This document shows, one piece after another, positions 41,053-54,379 of a stretch of DNA of 64,000 bases. Positions within the stretch are counted from its first letter, which is position 1, and each line of letters begins with the position of its first letter. Made by a program: the position numbers and the translations under genes. The notes under the pieces were generated by a model. It saw nothing but the letters and a program-made list of their open reading frames with translations. It searched no databases and was not told the origin of the DNA. Origin of the DNA: Gammaproteobacteria bacterium (GTDB taxonomy: Bacteria > Pseudomonadota > Gammaproteobacteria > SZUA-140); NCBI GenBank assembly GCA_021648525.1, contig JAKISP010000011.1:9308-73307 (forward strand), given 5' to 3'.

Positions 41053-44000
41053 ATGGCATACTCATTTACTGAGAAGAAATGTATTCGTAAGGACTTTGGA
41101 AAGAGTCCAAGCATTCTGGAGGTTCCGTACCTACTGGCGACCCAGATTGAATCATATCAGTCCTTTTTGCAGTCAAGTGCTGCTAGCCCAGATGATCGGG
41201 TTGATCAAGGGCTTCAGGCTGCATTTAAATCAGTGTTCCCAATTGCGAGCTATTCCGGTAATGCCGCATTAGAATATGTCAGTTATAACCTGGGTACCCC
41301 GGTATTTGATGTTAAAGAGTGTCAGCTAAGAGGTGTTACCTACTCAGCTCCTCTGCGTGTCAAGGTTCGCCTTGTTATTTACGATAAGGATGCACCCGCT
41401 AGTCGTAAGGTCGTAAAAGACATTAAAGAGCAGGAAGTTTACATGGGTGAAATCCCATTGATGACCAATAACGGTACGTTTGTTATTAACGGCACTGAGC
41501 GAGTCGTTGTTTCTCAGTTGCATCGTTCGCCTGGTGTCTTTTTTGATCACGATAAAGGTAAAACCCACTCTTCAGGAAAACTACTTTTTTCTGCACGTGT
41601 GATCCCATATCGTGGTTCGTGGTTAGATTACGAATATGATCCAATGGATTGTATTTTTGTACGTATTGACCGCCGTAGAAAACTGCCAGTGACAGTGCTG
41701 CTGCATTGTCTTGGTTATACAAATGAACAGATTCTTGAGATGTTCTTCGAAACCGATCGTTTTGAATTCACAGCAGACGGTATTAGTCTTGAGCTGGTTG
41801 CTGAACGTCTGCGCGGTGAAACTCTTTCGTTTGATGTTAAAGCGAAGAATAAAGTCATCGTTGAAACGGGGCGCCGTATCACTGCACGTCATATCCGTGA
41901 TATGGAAAAGGCAGGCATCAAGAGCATCGTTGTACCCGATGAGTACCTGATTGGTAGGACCATCTCGAAAGACATCTTTGATAAAGAGACTGGTGAGGTG
42001 GTTGCCGATGCCAATAGTGAAATCACTGAAGAGTTGCTGGAGAAACTGGTCTCTCTTGAGCTTGATGAGCTAACGACACTTTACACCAATGACCTTGGTC
42101 AGGGACCCTTCATCTCTGATACGTTGCGTCTTGATCACACTCGCACGAAACTTGAGGCGCAGGTTGAAATCTACCGCATGATGCGTCCAGGTGAGCCGCC
42201 CACAAAAGAGTCTGCAGAGGCACTGTTCCAGAATCTGTTTTTTAACTCAGATCGTTATGACCTTTCAGCCGTTGGCCGTATGAAATTTAACCGTCGTGTT
42301 GGCCGTTCTGAAATTGTTGGTGAAGGCGTACTCTCTAATGATGACATCATTGATGCGTTGAAAGTGTTAATCGATATTAAGAATGGTCGTGGAACGGTCG
42401 ATGATATCGATCATCTTGGTAATCGTCGTATTCGTTGTGTCGGTGAAATGGTTGAGAATCAGTTTCGCGTTGGTCTGGTTCGAGTTGAACGTGCAGTACG
42501 TGAGCGTCTTGCATTGGCGGAGTCTGAAGGATTGATGCCGCAGGAAATGATTAATGCCAAGCCGGTGACGGCTGTGATCAAAGAGTTCTTTGGCTCAAGT
42601 CAGCTCTCTCAGTTTATGGATCAAAATAATCCACTGTCGGAAGTGACGCATAAGCGTCGTGTTTCGGCTCTGGGGCCTGGTGGCCTGACCCGTGAACGTG
42701 CCGGTTTTGAAGTGCGTGATGTACACCCTACTCATTACGGACGTGTCTGCCCGATTGAAACACCTGAAGGGCCAAACATTGGTCTGATCAACTCGCTCGC
42801 GGTTTACGCACGTACCAATGAATATGGTTTTCTTGAAACCCCTTATCGTAAAGTTGAAGATGGCAAGGTAACGGACCATATCGATTACCTCTCTGCTATC
42901 GAAGAGGGGCGTTTTGTCATTGCACAGGCGAATACATCGCTGGGTAGTGATGGTGTCTTAACGGATGAGCTGATTTCATGTCGTCATGAAAATGAATTTA
43001 CATTGTCTGGCCCTGATCGCGTTGAGTATATGGATGTCTCGCCAAAGCAGATTGTATCGGTTGCCGCGTCACTGATTCCATTCCTTGAACACGATGATGC
43101 TAACCGTGCCTTGATGGGCTCGAACATGCAACGTCAGGCGGTTCCCGCACTGCGTGCCGACAAGCCATTAGTCGGGACCGGAATGGAACGTACTGTTGCG
43201 GTAGACTCTGGTGTTGCGGTAGTTGCAACTCGTGGTGGTGTGGTTGATCTGGTTGATGCTGGGCGTATTGTTGTCCGTGTGAACGATAGTGAAACCGCGA
43301 GTGGTGAGCCGGGTGTCGATATCTATAATCTGATTAAATACACTCGCTCTAATCAAAATACCTGCATTAATCAGAAACCGCTGGTTACCCCTGGTGATGT
43401 GATTGCGTGTGGTGATGTTCTCGCTGATGGTTCGTCAACAGAAACCGGTGAGCTTGCATTGGGACAGAACATGCTGGTGGCATTTATGCCCTGGAATGGT
43501 TACAACTTCGAGGATTCTATCCTTATCTCTGAACGTGTGGTTGAGGAAGACCGTTATACCTCTATCCACATCGAAGAACAGACCTGTGTGGCGCGTGATA
43601 CCAAACTGGGTTCTGAAGAGATCACCTGTGATATTCCAAATGTAGGTGAAGGTGCGCTTTCTCGCCTGGATGAGTCGGGCATTGTACATATCGGTGCTGA
43701 AGTTGGTCCTGGTGATATTCTGGTGGGTAAGGTCACTCCTAAAGGTGAAACGCAGCTGACACCGGAAGAGAAACTGCTGCGTGCGATCTTTGGTGAGAAG
43801 GCATCCGATGTTAAAGACACCTCTTCTCGCGTGCCTTCTGGCATGAACGGTACTGTGATTGATGTCCGTGTATTCACCCGCGATGGTGTTGAAAAAGATT
43901 CACGTGCACTTGAGATCGAAAAAGCTGAACTGAATAAGGTTAGAAAAGATCTTCATGATGAACGTCGTATTATGGAAAGTGATATTCTTTCTCGTGTTGA

Positions 44001-45126
44001 AAAGATTCTTATTGGTAAGGTTTCAGATGGTGGGCCGCAAGGGCTGGCCGCTGGCGCTAAGGTTAATAAGAGCTATCTTGCTGACCTTGAGCAGGGTGAG
44101 TGGTTTTCGGTGCGACTACAGGATGAAGATGCAAACAAACAGCTTGAAGCGTTGCATGGCCAGTTCAAGCAGCTGAAAAAAGAGTTTGAAGCGAAGTTTG
44201 AAGAGAAACGCGCTAAATTAACAGCGGGTGATGATTTAGCCCCAGGCGTACTGAAGATGGTTAAGGTTTATCTAGCCGTTAAACGCCGTACCCAGCCAGG
44301 TGATAAAATGGCGGGGCGTCATGGTAATAAAGGCGTGATCTCAATGATCGTTCCTGCTGAAGATATGCCTTACACCAAAGATGGCGCACCTGTTGATGTA
44401 GTGTTGAATCCGCTGGGTGTACCGTCACGAATGAATGTGGGGCAGATTCTTGAGACTCATCTTGGTTGGGCTGCGAAGGGTGTTGGCAAGCGTATTGGTG
44501 AGATGCTGGACGAGCAACGCGAAGTCGCTGAAGTTCGTGAATACATGGATAAAATTTATAACCGGAGCGGTAAAAAAGAAGACCTAGATTCATTGACAGA
44601 TGATGAAATTCTCAAGCTTGCGAACAATATGCGTAAAGGTGTACCGATGGCAACACCCGTATTTGATGGTGCTGCTGAGTCTGAAATTAAAGAGATGTTG
44701 GAACTGGCAGGGCTACCTGCTTCAGGTCAGACGACGCTTTATGACGGACGCACCGGTGATGCTTTTGACCGCCCCGTAACCGTTGGCTACATGTACATGC
44801 TTAAGCTTAATCATCTGGTTGATGACAAGATGCATGCACGTTCTACCGGGCCGTACAGCCTGGTGACGCAGCAACCGCTGGGTGGGAAAGCGCAATTTGG
44901 TGGGCAGCGTTTTGGTGAAATGGAGGTGTGGGCACTTGAAGCATATGGTGCTGCATACACATTGCAGGAGATGTTGACGGTGAAATCTGATGATGTGGCT
45001 GGTCGTACCAAAATGTACAAGAGCATCGTAGATGGCGATCACACGATTGATGCGGGGATGCCTGAGTCTTTCAATGTATTGACGAAAGAGATCAGAGCGC
45101 TCTGTCTGGATATCGAACTGGATTGA
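41053..45126 (+). CDS. rpoB: RNA polymerase beta subunit
   Basis: [40 protein letters not shown]. Confidence 0.99.
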   Translation: MAYSFTEKKCIRKDFGKSPSILEVPYLLATQIESYQSFLQSSAASPDDRVDQGLQAAFKSVFPIASYSGNAALEYVSYNLGTPVFDVKECQLRGVTYSAPLRVKVRLVIYDKDAPASRKVVKDIKEQEVYMGEIPLMTNNGTFVINGTERVVVSQLHRSPGVFFDHDKGKTHSSGKLLFSARVIPYRGSWLDYEYDPMDCIFVRIDRRRKLPVTVLLHCLGYTNEQILEMFFETDRFEFTADGISLELVAERLRGETLSFDVKAKNKVIVETGRRITARHIRDMEKAGIKSIVVPDEYLIGRTISKDIFDKETGEVVADANSEITEELLEKLVSLELDELTTLYTNDLGQGPFISDTLRLDHTRTKLEAQVEIYRMMRPGEPPTKESAEALFQNLFFNSDRYDLSAVGRMKFNRRVGRSEIVGEGVLSNDDIIDALKVLIDIKNGRGTVDDIDHLGNRRIRCVGEMVENQFRVGLVRVERAVRERLALAESEGLMPQEMINAKPVTAVIKEFFGSSQLSQFMDQNNPLSEVTHKRRVSALGPGGLTRERAGFEVRDVHPTHYGRVCPIETPEGPNIGLINSLAVYARTNEYGFLETPYRKVEDGKVTDHIDYLSAIEEGRFVIAQANTSLGSDGVLTDELISCRHENEFTLSGPDRVEYMDVSPKQIVSVAASLIPFLEHDDANRALMGSNMQRQAVPALRADKPLVGTGMERTVAVDSGVAVVATRGGVVDLVDAGRIVVRVNDSETASGEPGVDIYNLIKYTRSNQNTCINQKPLVTPGDVIACGDVLADGSSTETGELALGQNMLVAFMPWNGYNFEDSILISERVVEEDRYTSIHIEEQTCVARDTKLGSEEITCDIPNVGEGALSRLDESGIVHIGAEVGPGDILVGKVTPKGETQLTPEEKLLRAIFGEKASDVKDTSSRVPSGMNGTVIDVRVFTRDGVEKDSRALEIEKAELNKVRKDLHDERRIMESDILSRVEKILIGKVSDGGPQGLAAGAKVNKSYLADLEQGEWFSVRLQDEDANKQLEALHGQFKQLKKEFEAKFEEKRAKLTAGDDLAPGVLKMVKVYLAVKRRTQPGDKMAGRHGNKGVISMIVPAEDMPYTKDGAPVDVVLNPLGVPSRMNVGQILETHLGWAAKGVGKRIGEMLDEQREVAEVREYMDKIYNRSGKKEDLDSLTDDEILKLANNMRKGVPMATPVFDGAAESEIKEMLELAGLPASGQTTLYDGRTGDAFDRPVTVGYMYMLKLNHLVDDKMHARSTGPYSLVTQQPLGGKAQFGGQRFGEMEVWALEAYGAAYTLQEMLTVKSDDVAGRTKMYKSIVDGDHTIDAGMPESFNVLTKEIRALCLDIELD

Positions 45127-45196
45127 TGATGGATCTAGTTTTGAATCAGCATTTTACAGCAGAAAATATGAATAAATTTGAGCAGGAGACAGCGCA

Positions 45197-48100
45197 ATGA
45201 AAGACTTACTTAACTTGTTGAAGCAGCAAGGGCAGGTCGAAGAGTTTGATGCGATTCGTATCGGACTAGCGTCCCCGGAAAAAATCCGTTCCTGGTCTTT
45301 TGGTGAAGTTAAAAAACCAGAGACGATTAACTACAGAACTTTCAAGCCTGAACGTGATGGTCTGTTCTGTGCCAAAATTTTTGGCCCAGTAAAAGATTTT
45401 GAATGTCTGTGTGGCAAATACAAGCGCCTTAAGCATCGTGGTGTGATCTGTGAGAAATGTGGCGTTGAGGTAACCGTCACCAAAGTGCGCCGTGAGCGTA
45501 TGGGGCATATCGATCTTGCCAGCCCGGTGGCGCACATCTGGTTCTTGAAATCATTGCCTTCTCGGATGGGTCTGCTACTTGATATGACCTTGCGCGATAT
45601 TGAGCGCGTGCTTTATTTCGAAGCATTCGTTGTCATCGATCCCGGTATGACTGAACTGGAACGCGGTCAGTTGCTGACTGATGAGACATTCCTCGATGCG
45701 ATTGAAGAGTATGGCGATGAATTTGATGCGCGTATGGGTGCTGAAGCGGTTTACGAGCTGCTAAAATCTATTGATGTTCCTGCAGAAGTGGCAGTTTTAC
45801 GTGAAGAAATTGCAGAAGCCGGTTCTGAAACCAAAATCAAAAAATTAAGCAAGCGCCTGAAGTTGATGGAAGCGCTAATGGGATCAGGCAACAAGCCTGA
45901 GTGGATGGTGATGACCGTTCTTCCCGTTCTTCCTCCTGAATTGCGCCCATTGGTACCGCTAGATGGTGGTCGTTTTGCGACCTCTGATCTGAATGACCTT
46001 TATCGCCGTGTGATTAACCGTAATAATCGTCTGAAGCGTCTATTAGATCTAAACGCACCTGACATTATTGTGCGTAATGAAAAACGTATGTTGCAGGAAT
46101 CGGTTGATGCACTGCTTGATAACGGCCGTCGTGGTAAAGCGATTACCGGCACCAGCAAGCGTCCGCTGAAATCACTTGCCGATATGATTAAAGGCAAACA
46201 GGGTCGTTTCCGTCAGAATCTATTAGGTAAACGTGTCGATTACTCCGGTCGTTCTGTGATCGTGGTAGGGCCGACACTGAAACTGCATCAATGTGGTCTG
46301 CCTAAGAAGATGGCGCTTGAGCTATTTAAGCCCTTTATCTTTGGTAAAGTTGAGCGGCGTGGTCTGGCAACAACCATTAAAGCAGCGAAAAAACTGGTTG
46401 AGCGTGAAGGGCCTGAAATCTGGGATATTCTTGAAGAGGTGATTCGTGAACATCCAGTGATGTTAAATCGTGCGCCAACCCTTCATCGTCTTGGTATCCA
46501 GGCGTTTGAGCCGGTATTGATTGAAGGTAAAGCGATTCAACTTCACCCGCTAGTATGTACCGCATTCAACGCGGATTTCGATGGCGATCAGATGGCTGTT
46601 CACGTTCCATTGTCGATTGAAGCGCAACTTGAAGCGCGCACATTAATGATGTCGACCAATAACATTCTTTCACCTGCGAATGGTGAACCGATCATCGTAC
46701 CGTCACAGGACGTTGTACTGGGACTTTACTGTATGACGCGTGAGAAAATTAATGCACGTGGTGAGGGAATGATTTTTTCTGACATTCTTGAAGTACATCG
46801 TGCGTTCGAGAACAAACTGGTTGAATTAAGTGCTAAAGTTTTAGTGCGTATTCGTGAAGTACTAACGGATGAAAATGGTGAAAAGAAAGAGAGCTTTAAG
46901 CGTTACGAAACCACTGCTGGTCGTGCGTTACTCTCTGAAATTCTTCCTGATGGCATGGCGTTTGATCTTGTTAATCAAGATATGAATAAAAAGGCGATCT
47001 CTGGTCTGATTAATATCTGTTATCGCAGTGTTGGCTTAAAAGAGACGGTGATCTTTGCTGATCAGTTGATGTATACCGGCTTCAAACATGCGATGTTATC
47101 AGGCGTCTCTGTTGGTGTGAATGACATGACCATTCCTGAAGAAAAAGAAAGCATCATTGCCGCCGCCGAGAATGAAGTGAAAGATATTCAAAGCCAGTAC
47201 GCCTCGGGCCTGGTGACCAACGGTGAGCGCTACAATAAGGTGGTTGATATCTGGTCTCATACCAATGATCAGGTTGCGAAAGCGATGATGGACAAGTTGG
47301 GTACTGAGATAGTGACGACTGCTAAAGGTGAGAAGGTAAAGCAGGCTTCATTTAACTCAATTTACATCATGGCAGACTCCGGTGCTCGTGGTAGTGCCGC
47401 ACAGATTCGTCAGTTGGCGGGGATGCGTGGCCTGATGGCAAAACCGGATGGTTCAATTATTGAGACACCCATTACGGCTAATTTTCGTGAAGGTCTAAAC
47501 GTACTGCAGTACTTTATTTCGACCCATGGCGCGCGTAAAGGCCTTGCCGATACCGCACTGAAAACAGCTAACTCGGGTTACCTGACGCGTCGCCTGGTTG
47601 ATGTCGCGCAGGACATGGTTATCACAGAGGAAGATTGTGGTACCACGAATGGTCTGTTAATGACGCCTTTGATTGAGGGTGGTGATGTTGTTGAACCACT
47701 GAGTGAACGTATTCTAGGCCGTATTATCGCGAGTGATGTTCTCTCTAGCGATGGCTCTGAAATTTATGTTGAAGCGGGTACGTTATTAGATGAAGCGGGT
47801 GTGGAGCGCCTTGAAGAACTGGGTGTTGACCAGGTTAAGGTACGTTCTGCGATCACCTGTGATAATCGTTACGGTATCTGTGCCTCTTGTTACGGCCGTG
47901 ATCTTGCGCGTGGCCATAAGGTCAATATCGGTGAAGCGGCAGGCGTTATAGCAGCGCAGTCAATTGGTGAGCCGGGCACACAGCTAACGATGCGTACGTT
48001 CCACATTGGTGGCGCAGCGTCTCGTGCGGTTGCTGTTAACAGTGTACAGATTAAGTCTAAAGGTAATGTTCGCCTGCATAACATTAAGCTCGTACAGAAT

Positions 48101-49402
48101 AGCTCGGGTATCAACGTTGCAGTATCTCGCTCTGGTGAGCTAGTGGTGATGGATGAAACCGGCCGTGAGCGTGAACGCTACAAAGTGCCTTATGGTGCGT
48201 TGATTAGCGTGAATGATGGCGATGCGGTTGATGGTGGCCAAACACTTGCTAACTGGGATCCACATACGCACCCAATCGTGACTGAGGTGGCTGGTCGACT
48301 GAAATTTAGTGACTTTATCGATGGCATTACCATTCAGAGTGAAACCGATGATGTGACTGGCTTGTCAAGTGTGGTTGTCACAGACCCTAAGGCACGTGGT
48401 GCTGGCGCTAAAGATCTACGCCCAATGATGAAGATCACGACTGTAGATGGTGGCGATATTTTCTTTGCGGGTACCGATATCCCGGCTGTCTACTTCTTGC
48501 CAGCCGGTGCGATTATTAACATGGCAGACAATAGTGAAGTAAATGTGGGTGACGTGATTGCACGTATTCCTCAGGAATCATCGAAGACGCGTGATATTAC
48601 GGGTGGTCTACCACGTGTTGCAGATCTATTTGAAGCACGTAAGCCCAAAGATCCTGCGATTCTGGCTGAAATCAGCGGTACCATTGGTTTTGGTAAGGAA
48701 ACCAAAGGTAAGCAGCGTCTGGTTATCGTCGGGACGGATGGTGAACGTTATGAGACGTTGATTCCCAAATGGCGCCATATCACCGTGTTTGAAGGTGAGC
48801 ATGTTGAAAAGGGCGAGATGGTCGCTGATGGTGCACCTGCTCCACACGATATTTTGCGATTACTGGGTATTGAGACGCTGGCTAACTACATCGTTAATGA
48901 AGTGCAGGATGTCTATCGTCTTCAAGGTGTGAAAATTAATGACAAGCACATTGAGGTCATCGTACGTCAGATGCTGCGTAAGGTTGAGGTAGTAGAGCCT
49001 GGTGATGCTCCGTTCATTAAGGGCGAGCAGGTTGAGCGTGCCCGTTTGCTGGTTGAAAATGATACGATACGGACGGCTGGTAAAACACCAGCGACTTATA
49101 TCAATATTCTACTGGGCATTACCAAAGCTTCACTTGCAACAGAATCATTTGTTTCAGCGGCTTCATTCCAGGAGACAACGCGTGTTCTGACTGAAGCAGC
49201 CGTCTGTGGCAAGCGTGATGAGCTTCGTGGCTTGAAGGAGAATGTCATAGTGGGCCGTTTGATCCCAGCGGGAACAGGGATGGCTTATCACAATGAACGA
49301 CGTCGTAAGGAAGAAGAGGCGAAGCAGAAGCTGGTTGTTGATAAGGGGCCAACGAGTAGTGAAGTAGAAGAAGCGCTACGCCAGGCATTGACTGAGTCTT
49401 AG
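45197..49402 (+). CDS. rpoC: RNA polymerase beta' subunit
   Basis: Zn finger [26 protein letters not shown]. Confidence 0.99.
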   Translation: MKDLLNLLKQQGQVEEFDAIRIGLASPEKIRSWSFGEVKKPETINYRTFKPERDGLFCAKIFGPVKDFECLCGKYKRLKHRGVICEKCGVEVTVTKVRRERMGHIDLASPVAHIWFLKSLPSRMGLLLDMTLRDIERVLYFEAFVVIDPGMTELERGQLLTDETFLDAIEEYGDEFDARMGAEAVYELLKSIDVPAEVAVLREEIAEAGSETKIKKLSKRLKLMEALMGSGNKPEWMVMTVLPVLPPELRPLVPLDGGRFATSDLNDLYRRVINRNNRLKRLLDLNAPDIIVRNEKRMLQESVDALLDNGRRGKAITGTSKRPLKSLADMIKGKQGRFRQNLLGKRVDYSGRSVIVVGPTLKLHQCGLPKKMALELFKPFIFGKVERRGLATTIKAAKKLVEREGPEIWDILEEVIREHPVMLNRAPTLHRLGIQAFEPVLIEGKAIQLHPLVCTAFNADFDGDQMAVHVPLSIEAQLEARTLMMSTNNILSPANGEPIIVPSQDVVLGLYCMTREKINARGEGMIFSDILEVHRAFENKLVELSAKVLVRIREVLTDENGEKKESFKRYETTAGRALLSEILPDGMAFDLVNQDMNKKAISGLINICYRSVGLKETVIFADQLMYTGFKHAMLSGVSVGVNDMTIPEEKESIIAAAENEVKDIQSQYASGLVTNGERYNKVVDIWSHTNDQVAKAMMDKLGTEIVTTAKGEKVKQASFNSIYIMADSGARGSAAQIRQLAGMRGLMAKPDGSIIETPITANFREGLNVLQYFISTHGARKGLADTALKTANSGYLTRRLVDVAQDMVITEEDCGTTNGLLMTPLIEGGDVVEPLSERILGRIIASDVLSSDGSEIYVEAGTLLDEAGVERLEELGVDQVKVRSAITCDNRYGICASCYGRDLARGHKVNIGEAAGVIAAQSIGEPGTQLTMRTFHIGGAASRAVAVNSVQIKSKGNVRLHNIKLVQNSSGINVAVSRSGELVVMDETGRERERYKVPYGALISVNDGDAVDGGQTLANWDPHTHPIVTEVAGRLKFSDFIDGITIQSETDDVTGLSSVVVTDPKARGAGAKDLRPMMKITTVDGGDIFFAGTDIPAVYFLPAGAIINMADNSEVNVGDVIARIPQESSKTRDITGGLPRVADLFEARKPKDPAILAEISGTIGFGKETKGKQRLVIVGTDGERYETLIPKWRHITVFEGEHVEKGEMVADGAPAPHDILRLLGIETLANYIVNEVQDVYRLQGVKINDKHIEVIVRQMLRKVEVVEPGDAPFIKGEQVERARLLVENDTIRTAGKTPATYINILLGITKASLATESFVSAASFQETTRVLTEAAVCGKRDELRGLKENVIVGRLIPAGTGMAYHNERRRKEEEAKQKLVVDKGPTSSEVEEALRQALTES

Positions 49403-49480
49403 TCGGCAGGAAATAAGCGAGTTGCAAGTTTAGTCAGAAATAGACGCTAACTTCTTATATCGTGATGGTAAAATCCAGTA

Positions 49481-49519
49481 AAATGGCGGACGAAAGCATT
49501 GTCGTCCGCCGTCTTTTTT
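49481..49519 (+). terminator. Intrinsic terminator after rpoC
   Basis: GGCGGACGA ... TCGTCCGCC plus T run. Confidence 0.75.
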
Positions 49520-49614
49520 GTCTGGGGTGAACAGGGCGCAGCAAGGATTATTCTGTTGCGTGAGCGAGCACTGGTTTTTTTCTGTAATTAATCTGTGTTT
49601 TATTGCATCCGTAC

Positions 49615-49643
49615 TTGACAGCGGGGTGTAATATCCATAAAAT
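49615..49643 (+). promoter_or_regulatory. str operon promoter
   Basis: TTGACA-17 bp-TAAAAT plus a GC-rich discriminator. Confidence 0.75.
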
Positions 49644-49789
49644 TTCGCGCTCTTCGCAGAGCAATGAACATTGCTCTGCGAAGGCAATTTTAATGTTAAG
49701 TGTTTGGTTTGGTTGAAGGCTCTTTCATATAAATGAACGGGCCTCTGGTTGAACACTTATTAAGTATTTTGGCTGGAGACAGGTAAGGC

Positions 49790-50164
49790 ATGGCAACAAC
49801 GAATCAATTGGTACGCAAACCACGCGGGCGCAAAAAAGTGAAGAGCACCGTGCCGGCTCTGGAAGGGTGTCCGCAGAAACGTGGTGTGTGTACTCGCGTC
49901 TACACAACAACCCCGAAAAAACCTAACTCAGCACTGAGAAAGGTAGCACGTGTTCGCTTGACGAACAGCATGGAAGTTTCGACTTATATCGGTGGTGAAG
50001 GCCATAATTTACAGGAACATTCCGTTGTATTGATTCGTGGTGGTCGTGTCAAGGATCTGCCCGGTGTTCGCTATCATACCGTTCGCGGTAGCCTCGATAC
50101 ATCGGGTGTTGATGGTCGTCGTCAGGGTCGTTCCAAGTACGGCACCAAGCGTCCAAAATCTTAA
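49790..50164 (+). CDS. rpsL: 30S ribosomal protein S12
   Basis: [18 protein letters not shown]. Confidence 0.99.
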   Translation: MATTNQLVRKPRGRKKVKSTVPALEGCPQKRGVCTRVYTTTPKKPNSALRKVARVRLTNSMEVSTYIGGEGHNLQEHSVVLIRGGRVKDLPGVRYHTVRGSLDTSGVDGRRQGRSKYGTKRPKS

Positions 50165-50190
50165 AAATAATTCATACGAGACTGTAAGTA

Positions 50191-50661
50191 ATGCCTAGAA
50201 GAAGAGTTGTCGCCAAAAGAGAAATCCTTCCTGATCCTAAGTTCGGGAATGTGACACTGGCTAAATTTGTCAACATCCTGATGAATAGTGGTAAGAAATC
50301 TGTTGCGGAAAAGATTGTATATGGCGCGCTTGAACAGATCACCGAAAAAGGCCATGCCGAGCCTGTTGAGTCTTTTAATAAAGCGCTGGAGAACATCCGT
50401 CCGTTGGTCGAAGTGAAGTCTCGTCGTGTTGGTGGTGCAACTTACCAGGTGCCGATTGAAGTCCGTGCCAATCGTAGCGTGACACTTGCAATGCGTTGGT
50501 TGGTGGATGCCGCGCGCGCCCGTGGTGAGAAATCAATGGGGTTACGTTTGGCTGGTGAGATTATGGATGCATGCGAAAGTCGCGGCAGCGCGGTTAAAAA
50601 GCGTGAAGATGTGCATCGTATGGCTGAGGCGAATAAGGCTTTTTCACACTACCGTTGGTAG
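50191..50661 (+). CDS. rpsG: 30S ribosomal protein S7
   Basis: [20 protein letters not shown]. Confidence 0.99.
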   Translation: MPRRRVVAKREILPDPKFGNVTLAKFVNILMNSGKKSVAEKIVYGALEQITEKGHAEPVESFNKALENIRPLVEVKSRRVGGATYQVPIEVRANRSVTLAMRWLVDAARARGEKSMGLRLAGEIMDACESRGSAVKKREDVHRMAEANKAFSHYRW

Positions 50662-50689
50662 CACCTGAAAACTTGAAGGTGCAGTGGTT

Positions 50690-52780
50690 GTGGCTAGAAA
50701 AACCCCGATAGAGCGTTATCGCAATATAGGCATTATGGCCCATATTGATGCAGGGAAGACAACCACAACTGAGCGGGTTTTATATTACACCGGTATCTCA
50801 CATAAGATCGGTGAGGTGCATGACGGTACTGCCACCATGGACTGGATGGCACAAGAGCAGGAGCGAGGTATTACCATTACCTCTGCAGCAACAACCTGTT
50901 TCTGGGAGGGGATGGAAAAACAATTCCCTCAGCACCGTATCAACATAATTGATACGCCTGGTCACGTCGATTTTACAATCGAGGTAGAACGCTCACTACG
51001 AGTGCTGGACGCTGCATGTGCGATATTTTGTGCGGTCGGTGGAGTAGAGCCGCAGTCTGAAACTGTGTGGCGGCAAGCCAATCGCTATTCGGTGCCGAGG
51101 CTTGCGTTTGTTAATAAGATGGACCGCTCCGGCGCAGATTTTTTGCGTGTCGTTGAGCAGATTAAAGAGCGCCTGGGCGCTTCGCCAGTGCCGCTTCAAC
51201 TGCCAATTGGCGCTGAAGAGACGTTTGAAGGGGTTGTAGACCTCATCAAAATGAAAGCAATTTACTGGGATGAGGCGTCCATGGGGATGTCGTTTGAAGA
51301 GCGAGACGTTCCTGCCGAAATGCTGGCTGAATGTGAAGAGTGGCGTGAACGACTTGTCGAAGCAGCTGCAGATGCAAATGAAACGCTAATGGATAAATAC
51401 CTTGAGCACGGAACGCTTTCGGTTGATGAGATAAAGCTGGGATTGCGAAGCCGCACCATTGCTAATGAAATCGTGGTGGTGTTGTGTGGCTCAGCCTTTA
51501 AAAATAAAGGCGTGCAGGCAATGTTAGATGCGGTTGTTGAGTACTTACCGTCGCCGACGGAAGTCCCTGTCATTAAAGGGGCTCTGAATGATGCTGATGG
51601 GACTGAGGCAGAGTGTCTGCCACAGGATGATACGCCCTTTGCTGCACTGGCGTTTAAGATTGCAACTGACTCTTTTGTGGGCACATTGGCCTTTTTCAGG
51701 GTTTATTCAGGTGTAATACGCACTGGTGACAGTGTCTACAATCCTGTTAAAGGTAAGAAAGAGCGCATTGGCCGCATTGTTCAGATGCATGCTAATAGTC
51801 GTGAAGAGATAAAAGAAGTGAGGGCGGGTGATATCGCCGCAGCGATTGGACTAAAAGATGTCACTACGGGTGATACGTTATGTGATGTTAATAACGTTGT
51901 AACCCTTGAGCGTATGGAGTTTCCTGAGCCAGTCATATCGGTCGCGGTAGAGCCGAGAACGACAGCAGATCAGGAGAAGATGGGGCTGGCGTTAGGTAAG
52001 CTGGCGGCAGAGGACCCTTCTTTTCGCGTACATACGGATGAGGAGACCGGGCAGATAATTATTTCAGGGATGGGTGAGCTTCATCTTGAAATCATTGTCG
52101 ATAGATTGAGGCGTGAGTTTGGTGTTGCCGCAAACGTTGGCGCGCCACAGGTCGCTTACCGCGAGGCGATTCGCAAGGTCGTTGAGCATGAGGCGAAGTT
52201 TATACGCCAGTCGGGTGGTCGTGGTCAGTATGGGCATGTCTGGTTGCGTATTGAGCCGTTAGAGACTGGTGCTGGGTACGAGTTTGAAGATGCCATTGTG
52301 GGCGGTGCGGTTCCTCAGGAGTTTATTGCGGCAGTTGATAGAGGGGCGCATGAGCAGATGCAAAGTGGTGTCCTGGCTGGATACCCGATGGTAGATGTGA
52401 AAGTAACGCTGTTTGATGGTTCGTATCACGAAGTGGATTCGAATGAAGTGGCGTTTAAGATTGCTGGTTCGATGGCATTCAGGGAAGGGGCGTTAACTGC
52501 GGACCCTGTCATATTAGAGCCGGTGATGCAGGTGGAGGTAGTAACTCCTGAAGATTATATGGGAGACGTGATGGGCGATCTTAATCGCCGTCGTGGTCTG
52601 GTGCAGGGAATGGATGATGCCCCTGCCGGTAAGATTATTAAGGCGGAAGTACCGTTGGCAGCGATGTTTGGTTACGCCACAGATTTACGTTCAGCTACAC
52701 AGGGACGCGCGACCTATACGATGGTATTTTCCAGGTATAGTGAGTCCGCTAGAAGTGTAGTAGATGGTGTCATTAAATAG
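50690..52780 (+). CDS. fusA: Elongation factor G
   Basis: [30 protein letters not shown]. Start GTG 50690 (ORF extends to 50684). Confidence 0.98.
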   Translation: MARKTPIERYRNIGIMAHIDAGKTTTTERVLYYTGISHKIGEVHDGTATMDWMAQEQERGITITSAATTCFWEGMEKQFPQHRINIIDTPGHVDFTIEVERSLRVLDAACAIFCAVGGVEPQSETVWRQANRYSVPRLAFVNKMDRSGADFLRVVEQIKERLGASPVPLQLPIGAEETFEGVVDLIKMKAIYWDEASMGMSFEERDVPAEMLAECEEWRERLVEAAADANETLMDKYLEHGTLSVDEIKLGLRSRTIANEIVVVLCGSAFKNKGVQAMLDAVVEYLPSPTEVPVIKGALNDADGTEAECLPQDDTPFAALAFKIATDSFVGTLAFFRVYSGVIRTGDSVYNPVKGKKERIGRIVQMHANSREEIKEVRAGDIAAAIGLKDVTTGDTLCDVNNVVTLERMEFPEPVISVAVEPRTTADQEKMGLALGKLAAEDPSFRVHTDEETGQIIISGMGELHLEIIVDRLRREFGVAANVGAPQVAYREAIRKVVEHEAKFIRQSGGRGQYGHVWLRIEPLETGAGYEFEDAIVGGAVPQEFIAAVDRGAHEQMQSGVLAGYPMVDVKVTLFDGSYHEVDSNEVAFKIAGSMAFREGALTADPVILEPVMQVEVVTPEDYMGDVMGDLNRRRGLVQGMDDAPAGKIIKAEVPLAAMFGYATDLRSATQGRATYTMVFSRYSESARSVVDGVIK

Positions 52781-52829
52781 GCATCGTAAGATTTAGCGTT
52801 AACGACTTTATAGAAAGAGGTATAAAGCA

Positions 52830-54020
52830 GTGTCCAAGGAAAAATTCGAACGAAATAAACCACATGTGAATGTCGGCACAATTGGTCACGTTGATCATGG
52901 TAAAACAACGCTGACAGCCGCGCTGACAGTGACGCAGGCGAAGCAGTTTGGTGGTGACTCCAAGGGTTATGATCAGATTGATAGCGCCCCTGAAGAGCGT
53001 GCACGTGGCATCACGATTGCGACTGCTCACGTAGAGTATGAGTCAGCGAATCGTCACTACGCACATGTGGATTGTCCAGGGCATGCTGATTATGTGAAAA
53101 ATATGATTACCGGTGCTGCTCAGATGGACGGCGCGATTCTGGTATGCTCTGCTGCTGACGGCCCAATGCCTCAGACACGTGAGCATATCCTGTTAGCACG
53201 TCAGGTAGGTGTTCCCTATATCATTGTGTTCCTGAATAAAGCGGACATGGTCGATGATGATGAACTGCTTGAACTGGTAGAAATGGAAGTTCGTGAGCTG
53301 TTAGACAAGTATGATTTCCCAGGAGACGATACACCTGTTATAATCGGCTCCGCGCTGAAGGCGTTGGAAGGCGACGACAGCGAAATCGGTACACAGGCGA
53401 TTGCCAGGTTGATCGATGCACTGGATACATACATCCCACAGCCAGAACGAGCGATAGATGGTGCTTTCCTGATGCCCGTAGAGGACGTGTTCTCTATATC
53501 AGGTCGAGGTACTGTTGTGACTGGTCGTATTGATCAGGGTGTTGTTAAAGTTGGTGAAGAGATCGAGATTGTCGGTATTAAAGATACTGTTAAGACAACC
53601 TGTACTGGTGTAGAAATGTTCCGCAAACTGCTTGATCAGGGTGAAGCGGGAGATAATGTAGGTGTTCTACTGCGTGGAACCAAACGTGAAGATGTTGAGC
53701 GTGGACAGGTGCTTTGTGCACCAGGCTCGATCAAGCCTCACACTGTGTTTGAAGCAGAGATTTATATTTTGAATAAAGATGAAGGCGGACGTCATACTCC
53801 ATTCTTTCAGGGATATCGCCCACAGTTTTACTTCCGTACGACGGACGTAACGGGTGCATGCGAGCTTCCCGAAGGTACTGAGATGGTAATGCCTGGTGAC
53901 AATGTAGCAATGACGGTTACCTTGATTGCACCAATTGCCATGAGTGACGGGCTGCGATTCGCGATTCGCGAAGGTGGCCGCACTGTTGGTGCCGGTGTAG
54001 TTTCTAAAATTATTGAATGA
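52830..54020 (+). CDS. tuf: Elongation factor Tu (str-operon copy, tufA position)
   Basis: Second full-length EF-Tu, GTG start. Confidence 0.99.
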   Translation: MSKEKFERNKPHVNVGTIGHVDHGKTTLTAALTVTQAKQFGGDSKGYDQIDSAPEERARGITIATAHVEYESANRHYAHVDCPGHADYVKNMITGAAQMDGAILVCSAADGPMPQTREHILLARQVGVPYIIVFLNKADMVDDDELLELVEMEVRELLDKYDFPGDDTPVIIGSALKALEGDDSEIGTQAIARLIDALDTYIPQPERAIDGAFLMPVEDVFSISGRGTVVTGRIDQGVVKVGEEIEIVGIKDTVKTTCTGVEMFRKLLDQGEAGDNVGVLLRGTKREDVERGQVLCAPGSIKPHTVFEAEIYILNKDEGGRHTPFFQGYRPQFYFRTTDVTGACELPEGTEMVMPGDNVAMTVTLIAPIAMSDGLRFAIREGGRTVGAGVVSKIIE

Positions 54021-54042
54021 TCAGGATCAGCGAGTACAAATA

Positions 54043-54354
54043 ATGGCTAGTCAAAGAATACGTATACGCTTGAAAGCATTTGATCACCGACTAATTGATC
54101 AGTCGGCTAGAGAAATTGTTGAGACGGCCAAGAGAACGGGTTCTCATGTGAAGGGGCCTATTCCGCTTCCAACGAAGAAAGAGCGCTTTACCATTCTGAT
54201 TTCTCCGCATGTTAATAAGGATGCGCGAGATCAGTATGAGATTAGAACGCATAAACGCATGATGGATATCGTTGATCCAACAGATAAAACGGTTGACGCA
54301 CTGATGCAGCTTGATTTGGCTGCTGGTGTGGATGTTCAAATTAAACTGAACTAA
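54043..54354 (+). CDS. rpsJ: 30S ribosomal protein S10
   Basis: [19 protein letters not shown]; ATG 54043. Confidence 0.99.
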   Translation: MASQRIRIRLKAFDHRLIDQSAREIVETAKRTGSHVKGPIPLPTKKERFTILISPHVNKDARDQYEIRTHKRMMDIVDPTDKTVDALMQLDLAAGVDVQIKLN

Positions 54355-54379
54355 TACGTACAGTATAGAGGTTTTAGCA

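Noticed and set aside
42586-42684. Rifampicin-resistance substitutions in rpoB cluster I
   Set aside because: [33 protein letters not shown] has the sensitive-type Q, D, H and S residues.
49790-50164. Streptomycin-resistance substitutions in S12
   Set aside because: Both key lysines (TPKKPNS, RVKDLPG) are wild type.
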